Shown here one piece after another: positions 40,521 to 53,727 of a stretch of 64,000 nucleotides of DNA. The number at the start of each line of letters is the position of its first letter. Position 1 is the stretch's first letter. The position numbers were made by a program, and so were the translations under genes. The DNA is from Eledone cirrhosa (lineage: Eukaryota). The stretch is taken from assembly GCA_964016885.1 (NCBI GenBank), contig OZ024740.1:188046001-188110000 (forward strand), in the 5' to 3' direction. The notes under the pieces are model-generated. The model was not told the DNA's origin. It searched no databases and was given only the letters and a program-made list of their open reading frames with translations.

Positions 40521-41112
40521 GATGGCTGCCCCTCGTTATCGAGTATGACCATTGCACAATATAACATTATTAATAATTATTAATTAATTCTATCGTGCAA
40601 TGCCTGTGTGTGAAGATTTTTTTTAAAGTGAGGAAAGACTGTGCACTGAGCCAATCCCACTCTCTGAGCAAAAGTGGCTATAACCCCAAAATAAGAAAAG
40701 CTCAACATCATCGGTAACTACTGAGCCACTGGGTTTATGTTGGAGTTATCCCAGTTTCCTGAGTTGCCTTCTCCTAGAAGAATGCCCTGACAAATCCTAG
40801 GGGTCCTTCACTCTCAGTGGTTTAACCGCACGATCGGGTATCCAGCCCGACTATTTCTATGTTCCTGCGCATATACATACACATGCACACAGATATACAT
40901 ACACATGTATAGACATATTTACACATTTTTGAATGGCCATTGACACTTATGAGTTCTTCTGCCCTTTGTCAGATTTTGTTTTTTGTACTGCAGGGTGTCC
41001 CAATCACCCTCCTCACCAAGTAAACTTGGTGGGGTTGCCAGTTTAGTCGCTGACGACCCGACCATGTGACAGGTTGTACTGGGTTACATATTACCAGTAC
41101 CACTCAAGAGCA
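40521..41112 (-). mobile_element. Non-autonomous RTE-derived element (family D), diverged copy
   Basis: Colinear homology with 56592-57203 (TGGCGACTAAACTGGCA.CCCCACCAAG; AGAGAGTGGGA.TGGCT; terminal TACTCGA.AACGAG..GGCAGCCA). Confidence 0.75.
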
Positions 41113-41159
41113 ACATACATACATAAATTTGTTTATTTCTCAAAATATTTTCTCTGAAA

Positions 41160-41350
41160 ACATTTTTTTCGTTCCTTCCACTTCTCACTCTCTATGTTTC
41201 TATTTTATCTTTTATTTATCATACTGTCTTCTGATGAATGACTAGTGTCTGAAATGTATAGACTTTTTTTTCCACAATTTCAAGCGCTGAACTAATATAT
41301 TTCTTCATTGTACTGTATTGTTTGCTTTGATCTTTCCATTTTCGTTTTGC
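41160..41350 (+). mobile_element. PLE-pLTR-like repeat with hammerhead remnant at 41226-41263
   Basis: GTCT-T-CTGATGA-AT-GAC-TAGT-GTC-T-GAAA-TGTAT-AGAC; similar degenerate context at 24645-24810. Confidence 0.45.
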
Positions 41351-42475
41351 ATGTATATATATATATATATTATCACCACCATTATTATGTTATGTCCATT
41401 TTCCATGCTAGCATGGGTTGGATGAGAAATAATGAGAGGTTTGAATCCTAACCAAGCTAGTTCCTTGGACTATGACCCAAGTGAATAGAAACAATGCAGG
41501 GCAGTGAGCACCCTTTAGTCTCGTGAGTCTCAAGGCAATCTCTGTTGTTCTGGTGTTCATTCTGTAAAGTGGTTGGCATTAGGATAGGAATCTAGCTATA
41601 GAAACTACTGCAAAAGTTGAACTTATGGGCAAGATGTGGTTCTCCAGCCACTCTGTCTCAAACTATAATAACCTGTCTAATCCATGCCAGTATGGAAAGT
41701 AGATATCAAGATGATGTATATATATTTTTTTTAAAATATTAATACATGGTATTAGGAATACATAAAAAAACTGCTAGTCTCAGAGACAATCGTGGCAAAA
41801 GCTTATATTCTCCATTATCAGAACTTGTGTAAGCATCTTGTTATGCTTAATCATCAGATGTGAATTTCCGCTCTGTTTACATATCAAGGGCTCATTCTTC
41901 TAAAATACAAAATCACACATATGTAATGATATATATGTTAATAGTTGCATTTGATAGGAATTCAGATTCTGCTTTTCAAAATAAAGTTTATTTACAGAAG
42001 TATAATTATATTCTATGTCATAGATGCCTTTGATGCCGACCTATTTTCCCAACATTGATATTGTAGTTTCATTTGGAATATTATACAATCTATACCCTCT
42101 CCTTTTGTTAATGCTTCCAATACAAACCTGCTCAACTCTGCCTCTGGATCTATAAAACAAAACCACCTGTTATAAATGGTTCCTATTTAAATGAAAGCCT
42201 TTCAACATAATTTTATATACAAATCATTTTTATAATGAAATAATCAAAGAGTTTAGTAAATGCTTCAACATATTTTATTAATCGACTGTAAAAGAAATAT
42301 AGCCATGAAAGGGTTGATTCAGTGTATACAATCTATAGATTTGCTGCAAGAATGAGAATTTCCAATATCACATTAGAGCTTCAAATGTTATAGCTAATCT
42401 GAAATTCAACTGAGTTTGTTCCAAGTTCTTATATACAAAGATGATAGGTTAATTTTGTAGTCACTCATTTATGTT

Positions 42476-42641
42476 ATCATCATCATCATTTTACGTCCAC
42501 TTTTCCCTGCTTGCAAGGGTGGGACGGGAACTGATTCTGGCTTGATTTCTACAGCTGGATGCCCTTCCTAACACCAACCTCATTTACAGTGAGTGCTGGG
42601 TGCTTTTTTGCCGTGGCACCTCCACGACCACTTTGCAGTGG
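42476..42641 (-). mobile_element. RTE-related 3' UTR fragment, internally deleted
   Basis: (CAT)n tail and TTTCTACAGCTGGATGCCCTTCCTAACACCAACC module. Confidence 0.8.
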
Positions 42642-42674
42642 AATGATAGGGACCCCAGTCCCTATCATCTCATT

Positions 42675-42812
42675 TCTACAGCTGAGTAATCTGGAGCAAT
42701 GTGAAATAAAGTGTCTTGCTCAAGGAAACAACACATCACCCGGTCTGAGAATTGAACTCACAACCTTTCGATTGCAAGACCAATGCTCTAACCACTAAGC
42801 CATGTGCCTCCA
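42675..42812 (-). mobile_element. tRNA-derived SINE (family S2)
   Basis: Minus strand: GGCTTAGTGGTTAGAGCA...GAGTTCAATTCTC...CCTTGAGCAAGACACTTTATTTCACATTGCTCC. Confidence 0.75.
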
Positions 42813-43127
42813 TAGAAGTTATAGATATCTAAATTATATTGTTATACCTGTGGTTTGCCGTTTCCTTCAAGACATATACTATCTTTAATATATGTATATT
42901 TTTCTTTGTTAAACCTCTGATAAGTTAGATTTCACCTTTTATCACTAAAGTGTTGATAAAAGATACACCAGCTAGGTACCTTGCTCGATTACATCAACTA
43001 CATAATTCACTCAGAATTTGAGGTCTTGTACCAAAGTTTGAAATCATTATTTTTCGTCTTTATTGATTAATCAAAGTTCAGAAACATACTGCGTTTTTCA
43101 ACCCTGTTTCCTAATAGATCATATTAT

Positions 43128-43350
43128 AATAATGGTTTCTGGTTTAGGCACAAGGCCAATAATTTTGTGGGAGAGGAAAGTTTATTACATCGACCACAGT
43201 ATGTTACTGGTACTCTATTTTATTGAGCCCAGAAGGATGAAAGGCAAAGTTAACTTGGATGGGATTTGAACTCAGAACGTAAAGTGCTGTAACTCTATGC
43301 TGCAAAGTAGGTTCTCAAATGCTCTACTCATACTGCCAATCCACCACTCT
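43128..43350 (-). mobile_element. tRNA-derived SINE (family S1)
   Basis: S1 body and B-box complement GGATTTGAACTC. Confidence 0.75.
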
Positions 43351-45309
43351 TTAAAGAGCCTATTATAATAACATGAATGAAAAATTATGACTATTAAGGC
43401 TGAGTTGTAATGTAAATTAGGATTTCATTAATGTAACAAGTTTGACCAGCACAAATAAAATTGATAAAAATTTAATTATTTTCCTAATTCTTGCTATCTT
43501 TTAATTTTCTCCCTATTTCTATGACCTTGCTGAATGATAATTCGATATTCCGGAATAACATTTTTCGAATAGAAATACAATCCATCAAGACTTGAGAACT
43601 CTTGTGGTTTCTACTTTCCTGTTAATGCTTCTATTTATTTTTTATTTACTCTCCTATGATAGAGAATGTGATAGGAATCCACACCCTGTTGAATGTTATT
43701 TTAGATGAAATCTAGCACTTACTTGCCTTGCTAAGTTAGTATCAATCGTATCATGAATACTGAATATAAGATTTGTTTTTCTCTAAAGTGAAAAACGAAG
43801 CCAATGAGGTGGCTGTCAGAAAATAATTTGTGTGAAAACAACAGCATGGAAATGTTTCCAATGAATCTTCAAGTGAACAGAAAGTAATCAAAATCCATCA
43901 GTGTTGGATATAGTGTTGTCAAATGTTCATCTGTCACAAGTGATGCACAGTTTACTAGGTTCACATATTTTAGCTTGTACCATAAATTGTAGATTTTCTC
44001 ATAGGAATCTGCCAAACATATCAGTTTTCTTCTAACACATAACAACTAATGCATAACAAGAAAAAAAGAAGAAACATGTTGAATCAGTTGGAAAACACTT
44101 TCAAAAGTTAAATAATCTTTATTACTATTTGACCCCCCACCCCCCACCACCCTCAATGCAATGTCATGACAGTCACTCACTTCTGTTCAAGGTTAATGGT
44201 AGAATATTTGATATTCTACAAACATTTTACATTTCCTTATAGAAAATGTAAAATATTGTTACAAAATATAAAGAACTAAAAACATATATTGCTTTATAAT
44301 ATCAGTATATAACTGTGTTATTCTATAGTACATAGAAAGTATGTGCAATCATATCTGTATTCGTGACAGTATGAAAAACTTCATGCGAAGGAAAAAAATT
44401 AATTTAAACACTTTCACAGAAAGCAAAAAGAAATTTGTAAAAGAAATTTTGAGATAGTGATTTTATTTTATTTCCACTCTTTTCGAAGGGAATCTGCTAA
44501 TATCAATTTACATATCCTTCTAGAAAACCTAAAATATTCTAAGAAAATATACTGAATTATAATCAGTGTATTCTGCCAGGAGTTGCAATGGTAGATAGTA
44601 TCAGCAATGGAAAGACCAATGGAAACATTGTTTCTTTGTGTTGACAAATTCCACCCCTCTCGATATGCGAATGAGGTCTGAGAACTTGTCGATCGATTCA
44701 ATCAATTGATTGATCGATAATAAGATTGATTTGAAAGTAATTGGATCACTCATATTACTTCTATGTATACATGCATATTTCTAGAATTTCTTTTACTTGT
44801 TCCAGTCACTGGACTGCAGCCATGCTATGGCAGTCTTTTTAATGTTTTAGAACCCAGTTGTTGTTTCTGTCTGACATATATTTCATTTAATACTATTGAT
44901 GAAGAACAATATGATCGGACATGAAGAGACACAAACATAAACAACATCAATTTTAGACTGTAAAATTAAGCCTAAATATAACATTTATATATAACCATAT
45001 ATTAAATGTGTGAGTGTGTATACTTCATTTTGTTTTATGCAAGAGTCCACACACCCACACAAACCAGAGAAAAACAAGATAGCATAAATGAAATAAATAA
45101 CATAGCAAAGAGCAGACATAGATGGAAAAAAAGTCATTGAGAATGTCACAGAGTATGTGACAAAAGAAATTTCAATATTAAATAATTATTCTGTTACTGA
45201 AATAATAGAGGAATGGCATACTTGAGTAAAAATAAAATGAAAGTGAAGCTCAACGCAACATGTGCATGTATTTATATTGGCAGGATGACTTTCCCAGGAT
45301 ATAATAAAA

Positions 45310-45768
45310 TATGTGATGTGTATGAAGGATGACAGCTGCCTAAAACTGCAGAGCACTAAAAGTTGATGGGAGCCTTGGGAAGATTTGGGCTGAGGTGATA
45401 AAAGCCGACCTTGCCCAATTGCACCTCTCAAAGGTGATGACATAGGACCGAGACCACTGGCGTTACACAGTAATATAAATGACCCAATTTCCCACTGGTA
45501 CAAGCCAAGGCCGAAACATATAGACAGTATGCCCCCACCTCCATCCCACTGTTAAGTGGTCATGTAGGCACCATGGTAAAAAGCACCCAGTTCACACTGT
45601 AAATGAGATTGGTGTTAGGAAGGGTATCCAGCTGTAGAAATCAAGCCAAAATCAGTTCTGTATGAGCAAGACATGGTCACCTGACCTGGCATTGCCCACA
45701 ACACGACAACCCATATAACCCATGCTAGTGTGGAAGAATGGACGTAAAACAATGATGATGAGGATGAT
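45310..45768 (+). mobile_element. RTE family A 3' fragment, diverged
   Basis: Homologous to 28750-29260 with deletions; (GAT)n tail. Confidence 0.85.
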
Positions 45769-46494
45769 ATATATATATGAGGACTAGTCTAGTGTAGGTT
45801 GCTATTAAGTATCTCTTGTAGACTGTTTAATATATGTCCATTGCAATGTCGTGAAGCATCATCTCAATAGAGATCAATGAAGTGGTTACGGAAAAGGGAT
45901 GTCAGAAGGTTTTGTTTATATAGCCTGACCAGGTTACACATGTTGGCACTGTTGTATGACCTCACCTAGATGTTGAATAGGGCCTGGTTTTTTATTTGTG
46001 CTAGCTGTGGTGAATGTTATTTTTTTATGCAAACCAACTCATTACTATTAGGCAGGGTCTGGCATATATGCATGATTTTGGTTTCAGACTCATCGATGGC
46101 AATGAATTTACAGGTGAAATTTTAAGTCATAACTGAAAAGATTATTGATATTGAAGGTAAATATAAATAATATGAAATTTGGTTAATGTATCCTTAGGTT
46201 TTCCTATTGTAGGCTGGTATTATTCCTAATTTGAAGATTTATATTTTTTAGTATTTTCCTACTGGCTAGTTCTAATTCAGTTCTAGCACAACGTTGCTTA
46301 TGTGTGATGTGAGTAATCAGATCTTTAAATGTTATCAATGTTTTGCATAAAACTTTCTGATATATATTGGTACTTTTAGTGATGGTATTATAGCTTTATT
46401 GAGTTGTAGCTCCTTTCATTGGTTTTATGATTTATCTAGGTAAAATGATTGAGAATTAGCTGGTTATAGTCATCATTCTTTACTTTATATATAT

Positions 46495-46730
46495 TGGAGG
46501 CTTGTGGCCCAGTGGTAAAGGTGTTGGACTTGGGAGCATTATGTCATGGGTTTATTCCTGCCCTGAGTTGTGTGTTGCTCTTGTATACTCAGCTGAAAAT
46601 GAGTACCAGCAATATTTGTGGGTTTAACCCTGTAATGGACTGGTGTCCTGTCCATGTGTGAGTCTTGTACTCTCAGTCCCTTTACACCATGGAGAAAGGG
46701 ATAAGCACTGGCCTGATAAGCCTCAGAGCA
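46495..46730 (+). mobile_element. tRNA-derived SINE, diverged
   Basis: GTGGCCCAGTGGTAAAG A-box-like head, then CAGCTGAAAATGAGTACC...TGTAATGGACTGGTGTCCTGTCCA. Confidence 0.6.
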
Positions 46731-47062
46731 GAGACAGACATTTTAGACATGATACTCTTGATATTCTACGAAACCCAACTTCTCTTAGAGCTTGTGAATC
46801 AAATGTTACTTTTTGCCAGTGAATGGGGAAGAGTCTATTTAATACATGTAGAGTATTTTTACATATTTTTCAAATCATTTATTATTTTACCCTTAATATT
46901 TATAAATTTATTTTTATATTCTCTAGAATATCTATCGTGCAGTGACTTTTGTGTCCTGTAATTATCTAGGAGCATTATGTTATGCTCTTAAGAAGTGTGC
47001 ATCTTATTTTTTTACACAGGCACGCACATGCACACGCACACTTATAAACAAACACATATGTA

Positions 47063-47808
47063 TGTAGCGCTCTCTAGACAGGAAGTAGCTGGAGTTACTT
47101 CCCGTTGGGGTTGCAGAACCTTCTTTGTGACTTCCGTCCAGGGAACTATAAAAGGAGAGAGCTGAAAGCTATCTCCCTCTCTTTTCACCATTTGGCTGCT
47201 GGCCCTCGGCCAGGCGCGTTCTGCCGAAGGTATACTCTCTCGCATCCTGACTGCAAAAAGGTAAATAACTAACTTTCTTTCGTCGTGAAATCACTAGCCA
47301 ACATGTAACACAACAACTTAACCACGGCCTGGCAACACTTCAGTCAGTGGACCGTGTCTTCTGAAATCCTTAATTCATTGTTTCATCTCTCTTGGCATGT
47401 CAGCCCAATTATAACACATCACTGGGTTGTATGTACAATATTTATTTACGAAGATTGAGCTGAATAGCTGGCATGCCAAGAGAGATGAAACAATGAATTA
47501 AGGATTTCAGAAGACACGGTCCACTGGCTGAAGTGTTGCCAGGCCGTAGTTAAGTTGTTGTGTTACATTTTGGCTAGTGATTTCACGACGAAAGAAAGTT
47601 AGTTATTTACCTTTTTGCAGTCAGGATGCGAGAGAGCATACCTTCGGCAGAACGCGCCTGGCCAAAGGCCAGCAGCCAAAAGGTGAAAGGAGAGGGAAAT
47701 AGCTCTCAGCTCTCTCCTTTTATAGTTCCCTGGACGGAAGTCACAAAGAAGGTTCTGCAACCCCAACGGGAAGTAACTCCAGCTACTTCCTGTCTAGAGA
47801 GCGCTACA
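47063..47808. mobile_element. Non-autonomous fold-back DNA transposon, Ginger-like (TGT...ACA ends, 342-bp TIRs, 4-bp TSD TGTA)
   Basis: Arms 47063-47404 and 47467-47808 are reverse complements (about 11 mismatches by eye) with a 62-bp spacer. TGTA lies at 47059-47062 and 47809-47812. Confidence 0.85.
47147..47154 (+). promoter_or_regulatory. Candidate TATA box in the left TIR (mirror at 47717-47724 on the minus strand)
   Basis: TATAAAAG followed ~30 nt later by a pyrimidine-rich CTCTTTTCACCA initiator-like tract; GGAAGT-type motifs upstream. Confidence 0.45.
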
Positions 47809-49540
47809 TGTATAATAACATGCATTCATTTCTAAAACAACACACGTATATATATATTTTATTGTTAAATTAGTTTTACAGAATTAATTTTCAAAAGCTA
47901 TTATCGGAACTCAGTACATCACACACTCTATTCTATCGTTTGAAATATTGAATGCTTTACTTTCTGTTTGTAAGCTTTGTTCTCGTTATCAGAATATAGC
48001 AATGTGCACATACAAATGTATGTATGTGCTTGTATGTACGTACGTATATATGTATGCAATTCCAGCAGAATGTTAAAATATCTGAATAATGGTTCTATTT
48101 GAATCTTAGGAAATAAATATAACTGAGATACACATATATATACATACACGGATTAAGATTTGAACATAAAACATTACATCTATAAATTCTTCTTTTCCCT
48201 ACTTTGCATGCATCTGGTGTGTTAATCAGAAGTGCTCATACATATTTAATTAAATAGACGTCTAATGTTTAGGTTTTTCTTTTTAACATATGTTTGTCAC
48301 TCAATTTTTATCGGTCTAGATTCTTTTGTTTTGAAATAGAATATATAATGTATAAAAAACTTTTTGTAGGAATTATTATATTTTCGTTTTTGAAGTGTCT
48401 GCATCAAACAAAATCTAAATAACTTATTTCATCAGTACCTCATGTGTGCAGCTGAAAGTAGTATGTCAGACATGCATTACAATATATATTTGTTTTTCAT
48501 ATATCGTTCATATAAACTTCTTTGATGGACTTTATCCAAACACGAAGTTTTGAAACTTATACATACAGCACTTATTATTTCTTTTGTTTTTCTATTATTA
48601 AAAAAAAAATTCGATCTAAGATATTAGAGAAATATCATGCTTTTTTGCCATCAATGTGGTAGTTTTCATTTCCATGATCCTTTTTTTTAGAATTAAATCG
48701 CTATCATTACCATTTATATTAAATATAAAGTGAAAGATAGATAGGGATAATACATTGATATAAATAATCTATTCAACAGAACCACGTGGTAAGGAAAAAA
48801 CGAGAACCATAGCAGCTGTGTAATACTATTTTCTTAAAACAAAAATGATGATTATTGTTTCAGTCGAAAACATCTAGGAAAATTTAAATAGAATCTAATA
48901 TTTGCTTTAGAACACTAATTTATTAAGATGGATAACATAAAGAAAATTAGTATATGGTCTAGCTTTCAATGATTAATTTATGATATCATTGATAATATAT
49001 ATTTCATTAATTTATTCAATATCTATGTTAAATTGTTATGTTTTACAGTAACTTGCCATTCTTTACGTTTTCTTACTATATAGTTTGTTTATACTCATTG
49101 TGATATTGTCTTAAGTATAATATAACTACGAAGGGTAATGAGTGTATTAGGCTTTTTCACACTTATGTTAATAAAGTATCATTGTTTGATATGTTACACT
49201 ACTTCAGTTTCTATATAATACACACACGTGTGAACATCTTATTTATTGCATTATCCATTTCTTGTGTAAGGAGTAAATGGCATAAATTGTTTCATTTGGT
49301 TTTTTTTTGCTAGTTATTACAAGTCGCCCAAGATGTTATGTTGTTTATATATTAAATTTCTGACATGTTCTCTTAGTATCATATCCATGAACGAACGTTT
49401 CTATAGCATGCATTCCTTCAGCATTGAGCAATGGAAAAGTAGATACTGGGTTTTTTTATTATATAACCCATGTAAATATCTTCATTTTAAATCAAAAGAA
49501 TGGAGACAGAAAGAAGGAAGATGAAAAAGACAATGCGAAA

Positions 49541-49737
49541 AATAATTGTTTCTACTTTTGGAACAAGGCCAGCAATTACCCCAGTGCGTTAGTGGTACTT
49601 TATTTTATCCACCTCATAAGGATGAAGGGCAAAGTTAACCTCAGTAGAATTTGAACTCAGACCATAAAGGGCCGTAATTCTATGCCCTGCAAAGCATGGC
49701 GTCTGACCCTCTACCGATTCTGCCAATCCACCGTCCT
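49541..49737 (-). mobile_element. tRNA-derived SINE (family S1), near full length
   Basis: Minus-strand head GGACGGTGGATTGGCAGAATCGGTAGAG...GAGTTCAAATTC, S1 body and AATTATT tail. Confidence 0.8.
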
Positions 49738-49929
49738 TGGATAAAAATAATATAGACAAGGAGAAAAATAATATCGAGTCACACATCCTTTTAGTGAAAG
49801 AAACGATTTTGAATATACCCCATTCCTTTTCTTTCTCTGTCAAAGTAGTATATTTAAGTTTGAACTCAAGTGGGTTAGAGTGATCTCATCTTGCACATAT
49901 GCTCCACATTTACCATTGTTTCCATATCT

Positions 49930-50790
49930 GTATGCCCTTCCTAACACCAACCACCTTACAGGGTGTACTGAGTGTATATTTGTGACACAGTCACTACCAC
50001 ATACAGAGCAGTCTGGATTCACCTTTTATGGCATTAGCACTAGAAAGGTTTTCACAAGATCATCCAGACTGAAGTGTCGTCTCAAGTTTAGTATCCAAAC
50101 ATTGAAGACGCTGGTGTCTCACAACGGGTATTTTTAGTATTGCAGTGCTTGTGGTAGCGTACACGTCAGTTGTATTAAGGCATATTCCCATTCCACTCAA
50201 TCTTGCGTTATCTTTTACATGAGGTTCAGATTGTGGGAGGGAGGTCCTTTTCTCACAACTTTACCACATATCTTCCTTGGTTTCCCTCTTCTACTAGCTG
50301 CATCACATGATAATACCAGCACAATTTTGCAAGTTATATTAAATTAATCTTATATTGATAGTTTATCTCAGTTTACATCTTAGCATTTGCGGTTCAAAGA
50401 CTTGCATCATATAATCTTCTCTTCACCCCGAGAGAGAAGTGCTTTATTGGTAGCAGAAGTAACATGTCCTTGAACTTTTTCTGTACTGTCTTCATACTGA
50501 CCATAACATTTCAGTACATTTTCCTACTACTAAAGATCTCACTTCCAGTAAAACTTCTGGACATTTTTAGAGGGAGAGATATTATTTCTTGAGTACATTT
50601 AATGTTGATTAACCTTGTGTATCTAGCACATATAAACCCCACTCTTTCTTTCAACACTCCTGTGATCACACTATATATCTTGTGTGTCCATAGGCTACAG
50701 TGGGTAGACTCTTTGAAATTTGCACTTACTCCTCTTTTACATTTTAAACACAGACATTTTCCTGATAATTGCAAAATCGTAGTTTACACG
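49930..50790 (-). mobile_element. Old RTE remnant with decayed PHD insert
   Basis: ORF 50511-50774 GKCLCLKCKRGVSAN..STHCSLWTHK.YSVITG.LKE.VGFICA resembles the family A/B finger; 3' module TGCCCTTCCTAACACCAACC at ~49932. Confidence 0.6.
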
Positions 50791-52654
50791 ATTAAAAAAT
50801 GGCATGAATTTAAAGATTTTATAGTGTTATGTTCTGAATGATGTATCCCAAATTTTTTTAATTAAAATTTGATCACAAATGAGTTAAGTAATTTTCATGT
50901 TGTAACAGATTGCTTCATGCTTTTGTGAAAATAATTCTTATCCAATGTACTGCTTATATTTTAATTGATTTTGAAAGTAATCAAAAATGAAAGAGTTTAG
51001 TTAAATAATTCCAATGTGAAGATAATGTTTGGAATATAACTTTAAAAAAAAGGCTCCTACAAAACATTTTGATGGATGCGAGATCTATTAACACATTAAA
51101 ATGAGAGGGTTTGTATCACAGAACTAGAGAAAGCCTCAAGTAGGTTGCAAATGAAAGAGTTAATATAAAGAAAAGAACTGGGTCATAAAACATATTTTAG
51201 GAACAAGTATATATTCCAATATCTAAATCTGTCTCACTCATCACAAAATGGGAAAATTAGGGATGAAAAAATATAACATTTTCCCTCAGAGAGATACATG
51301 AATTGCTATTATATTTTTTTCATCTTGCCAAAGAATTTCATTTTAGGATAAATGTTACTATGACATCAATACTGTAAATGTCTCTCTTTTACGTCTTTTA
51401 TTTATTAGTGTGTGGTATTTTCCTTCATTGCACTCTCTAATGGATTAAAAACTCCACTATGAAAAAATGTTACATTTCATATATTTTGCTAGTAGAAAAA
51501 AATTGTCAAGATAGAAGACTGGAGTTGCTTATGCAAAATCAATCAATGTTAGGCCATTAAAAGGCAAATTGAAAATAAAATAATAAAAAGTGCGTTTTAA
51601 AGTTTACTTTCATCAGAGCTAACTTTCAAACCTTTAGTAAAACATAGCTATTTTGGAAAAATCTTCTCTGTGGGAAAAACATATTATGCTGGAAAGTACT
51701 TAGTGATGTATAAAAAAATGAACATATTAACATCAACAAAAAAAGGAAAAACTTGCTGATTATAACTTTTATTTTGTACAAATTTTCACATTCTAACATT
51801 ACATTATTTAAGAACAATACTTTATCTTAGTTACCAGAATATGTCTTACATATTCAAAATAGTCTTTTTTTCATATTGTTTTCAATCTTTTAATCAATTT
51901 CAAAGAACAGAGTAAATGGAAAGAGGTGTGTGCAAATTGTTTACATTGATCTGTTTTACATTGATATTATGTTTAGTTATATTAATAGTGTGTGCTTGAA
52001 TTTATATGATTTGTATAGTGATAGAACTCTGTAAATAGACGTACTGAGGTGAGAAATATTCACTTCAAGGGAAATAATATAACTGGCAAATGTACAGAAG
52101 TGTTAATACTCTTTTATCATATAAAATATATGTAGCTTTTATTTATTAATTAATTTACTTATTTATTATTACTTGTTGCAATAAGAATAGATTATGATCT
52201 AAATGAATTTTATGGAGTTTATATGATTAAACCTTTAGCAATCAACCGTTATTGGCCTTTTAAATGTTTAACATATCTTTAGATATGTGGGTAAATATTC
52301 TTGATAACATTCAAGTCATTCTACTTTTGATTCCATTTATGAAACCCAGCAGTATTCTGAAATCATTATGATATGCATTTATTGCCTTCATTTATATATA
52401 ATTTAATAAAGGGAAAATCATTGGTTTTGAAGATATTGTTATATTTATAATCTTTATAGTTAGAAAAATGTGGAATGGAATGTTGTTTTGTTTTTCATCT
52501 ATATATAGAAAAGAGCAGAAGAGAATAGGTTTGCAAGTCAATGCAAAAGTGTATGTTGTTATAATAAAATATAGAAGACATAAGAATGTATAGAACAATA
52601 TATTATGTCAATAGAACAATATATTGTACCAATATCTTCAATTTTATCATCCAT

Positions 52655-52990
52655 TTAGTATTCGTGCCAACCCTTACTTATGTCCATGAATCTTTGCTAA
52701 TGACAAAAAGAATACAATCGCAAATACAAGTAGGAAAAACGGAGTTCCTCCGAAGGTTCTTTGGAATAATATTACACAATACAGTGTATAGCTCAGAGAT
52801 CAGAGAGTCACTCCAGCTAGAGCTACTTCCCCAAATTGATAAATCACAGCTCCAGTACTATGGGTATGAGGTTAGAATGTCCGAGGAAAGAATTGCTGGG
52901 CTGCTATTATGGGCAAAACCAACCAGAAGGAGACCTAGTGGTGACCCAGAACATGATAGTTGGATATCCATGAGATTGACTGGTCTCATT
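52655..52990 (+). pseudogene. RTE family C C-terminal RT remnant
   Basis: FVPTLTYVHES...EFLRRFFGI...SSEIRESL...QLQYYGYEVRMSEERI...RRPSGDP is the typical RTE/Rex3 thumb region. Confidence 0.7.
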
Positions 52991-53727
52991 GTGTCCTCAC
53001 AACTTCTCAGGGATAAGTCCTGTTTATGAACTTTCATGGTGATATAAGCATTGCATTTAGCAAGGCTTTCACATATTTTATTTAACTTTAAGTACCTCAT
53101 GATATCTTTGCTTCATCATTAATTTTATTATTAATACTAGATTTTTTCTGGTATTTGTTAGTAACACTATCTAAAAAGAGGTTGTTGTATTTATCATTGT
53201 CAACTTAATATAAATTTTCTGTTTTATCAGAAAAGATGAAAATATTTCTAGAATATTTAATCTTATTTATGTCATGCAAAATTTTATCATAATTAGGGAA
53301 CTTGATATTATTAATAATCCACTTTGAAGGGGGCTAGATCTGTAATTTTAAGAAGATATTTGCATGACTTTGTTATGGTGTTCAGTGGCAGTGGCAGGTA
53401 TCTTAACATCGAATAGCAGTGTCTTCCAACTGCAAACAGGATTTTCTATTTTTTCTATGAACATTTTCGTATAATTTGTATTGGTTAGTATTGGTATTTT
53501 TTTAGTAGAGGAGTCAATCTCATATAATACCGTCATATTGTGTTGTTATACCACTTTGTATCTAGAGTGCTTGACATATTTAGCTAAAGGATTCCAATCT
53601 AATTTATGAATAAATGATTATGCATCAATCATTCTATATCGGGTAATTATATGTATATTATGTATATATATATATATATTTTTATATATGTATATACATA
53701 TATGTATATACATATATATATACATAT

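Noticed and set aside
42740-42812. tRNA gene
   Set aside because: A/B boxes without a full cloverleaf, followed by a SINE body; this is a SINE head.
46150-46420. Possible decayed GIY-YIG on the minus strand
   Set aside because: Only a few suggestive residues; cannot be supported without a search.
47042-47835. Twin ORFs MRESIPSAERAWP... on opposite strands
   Set aside because: A consequence of the inverted repeat; they run outward past the element ends and show no recognisable domain.
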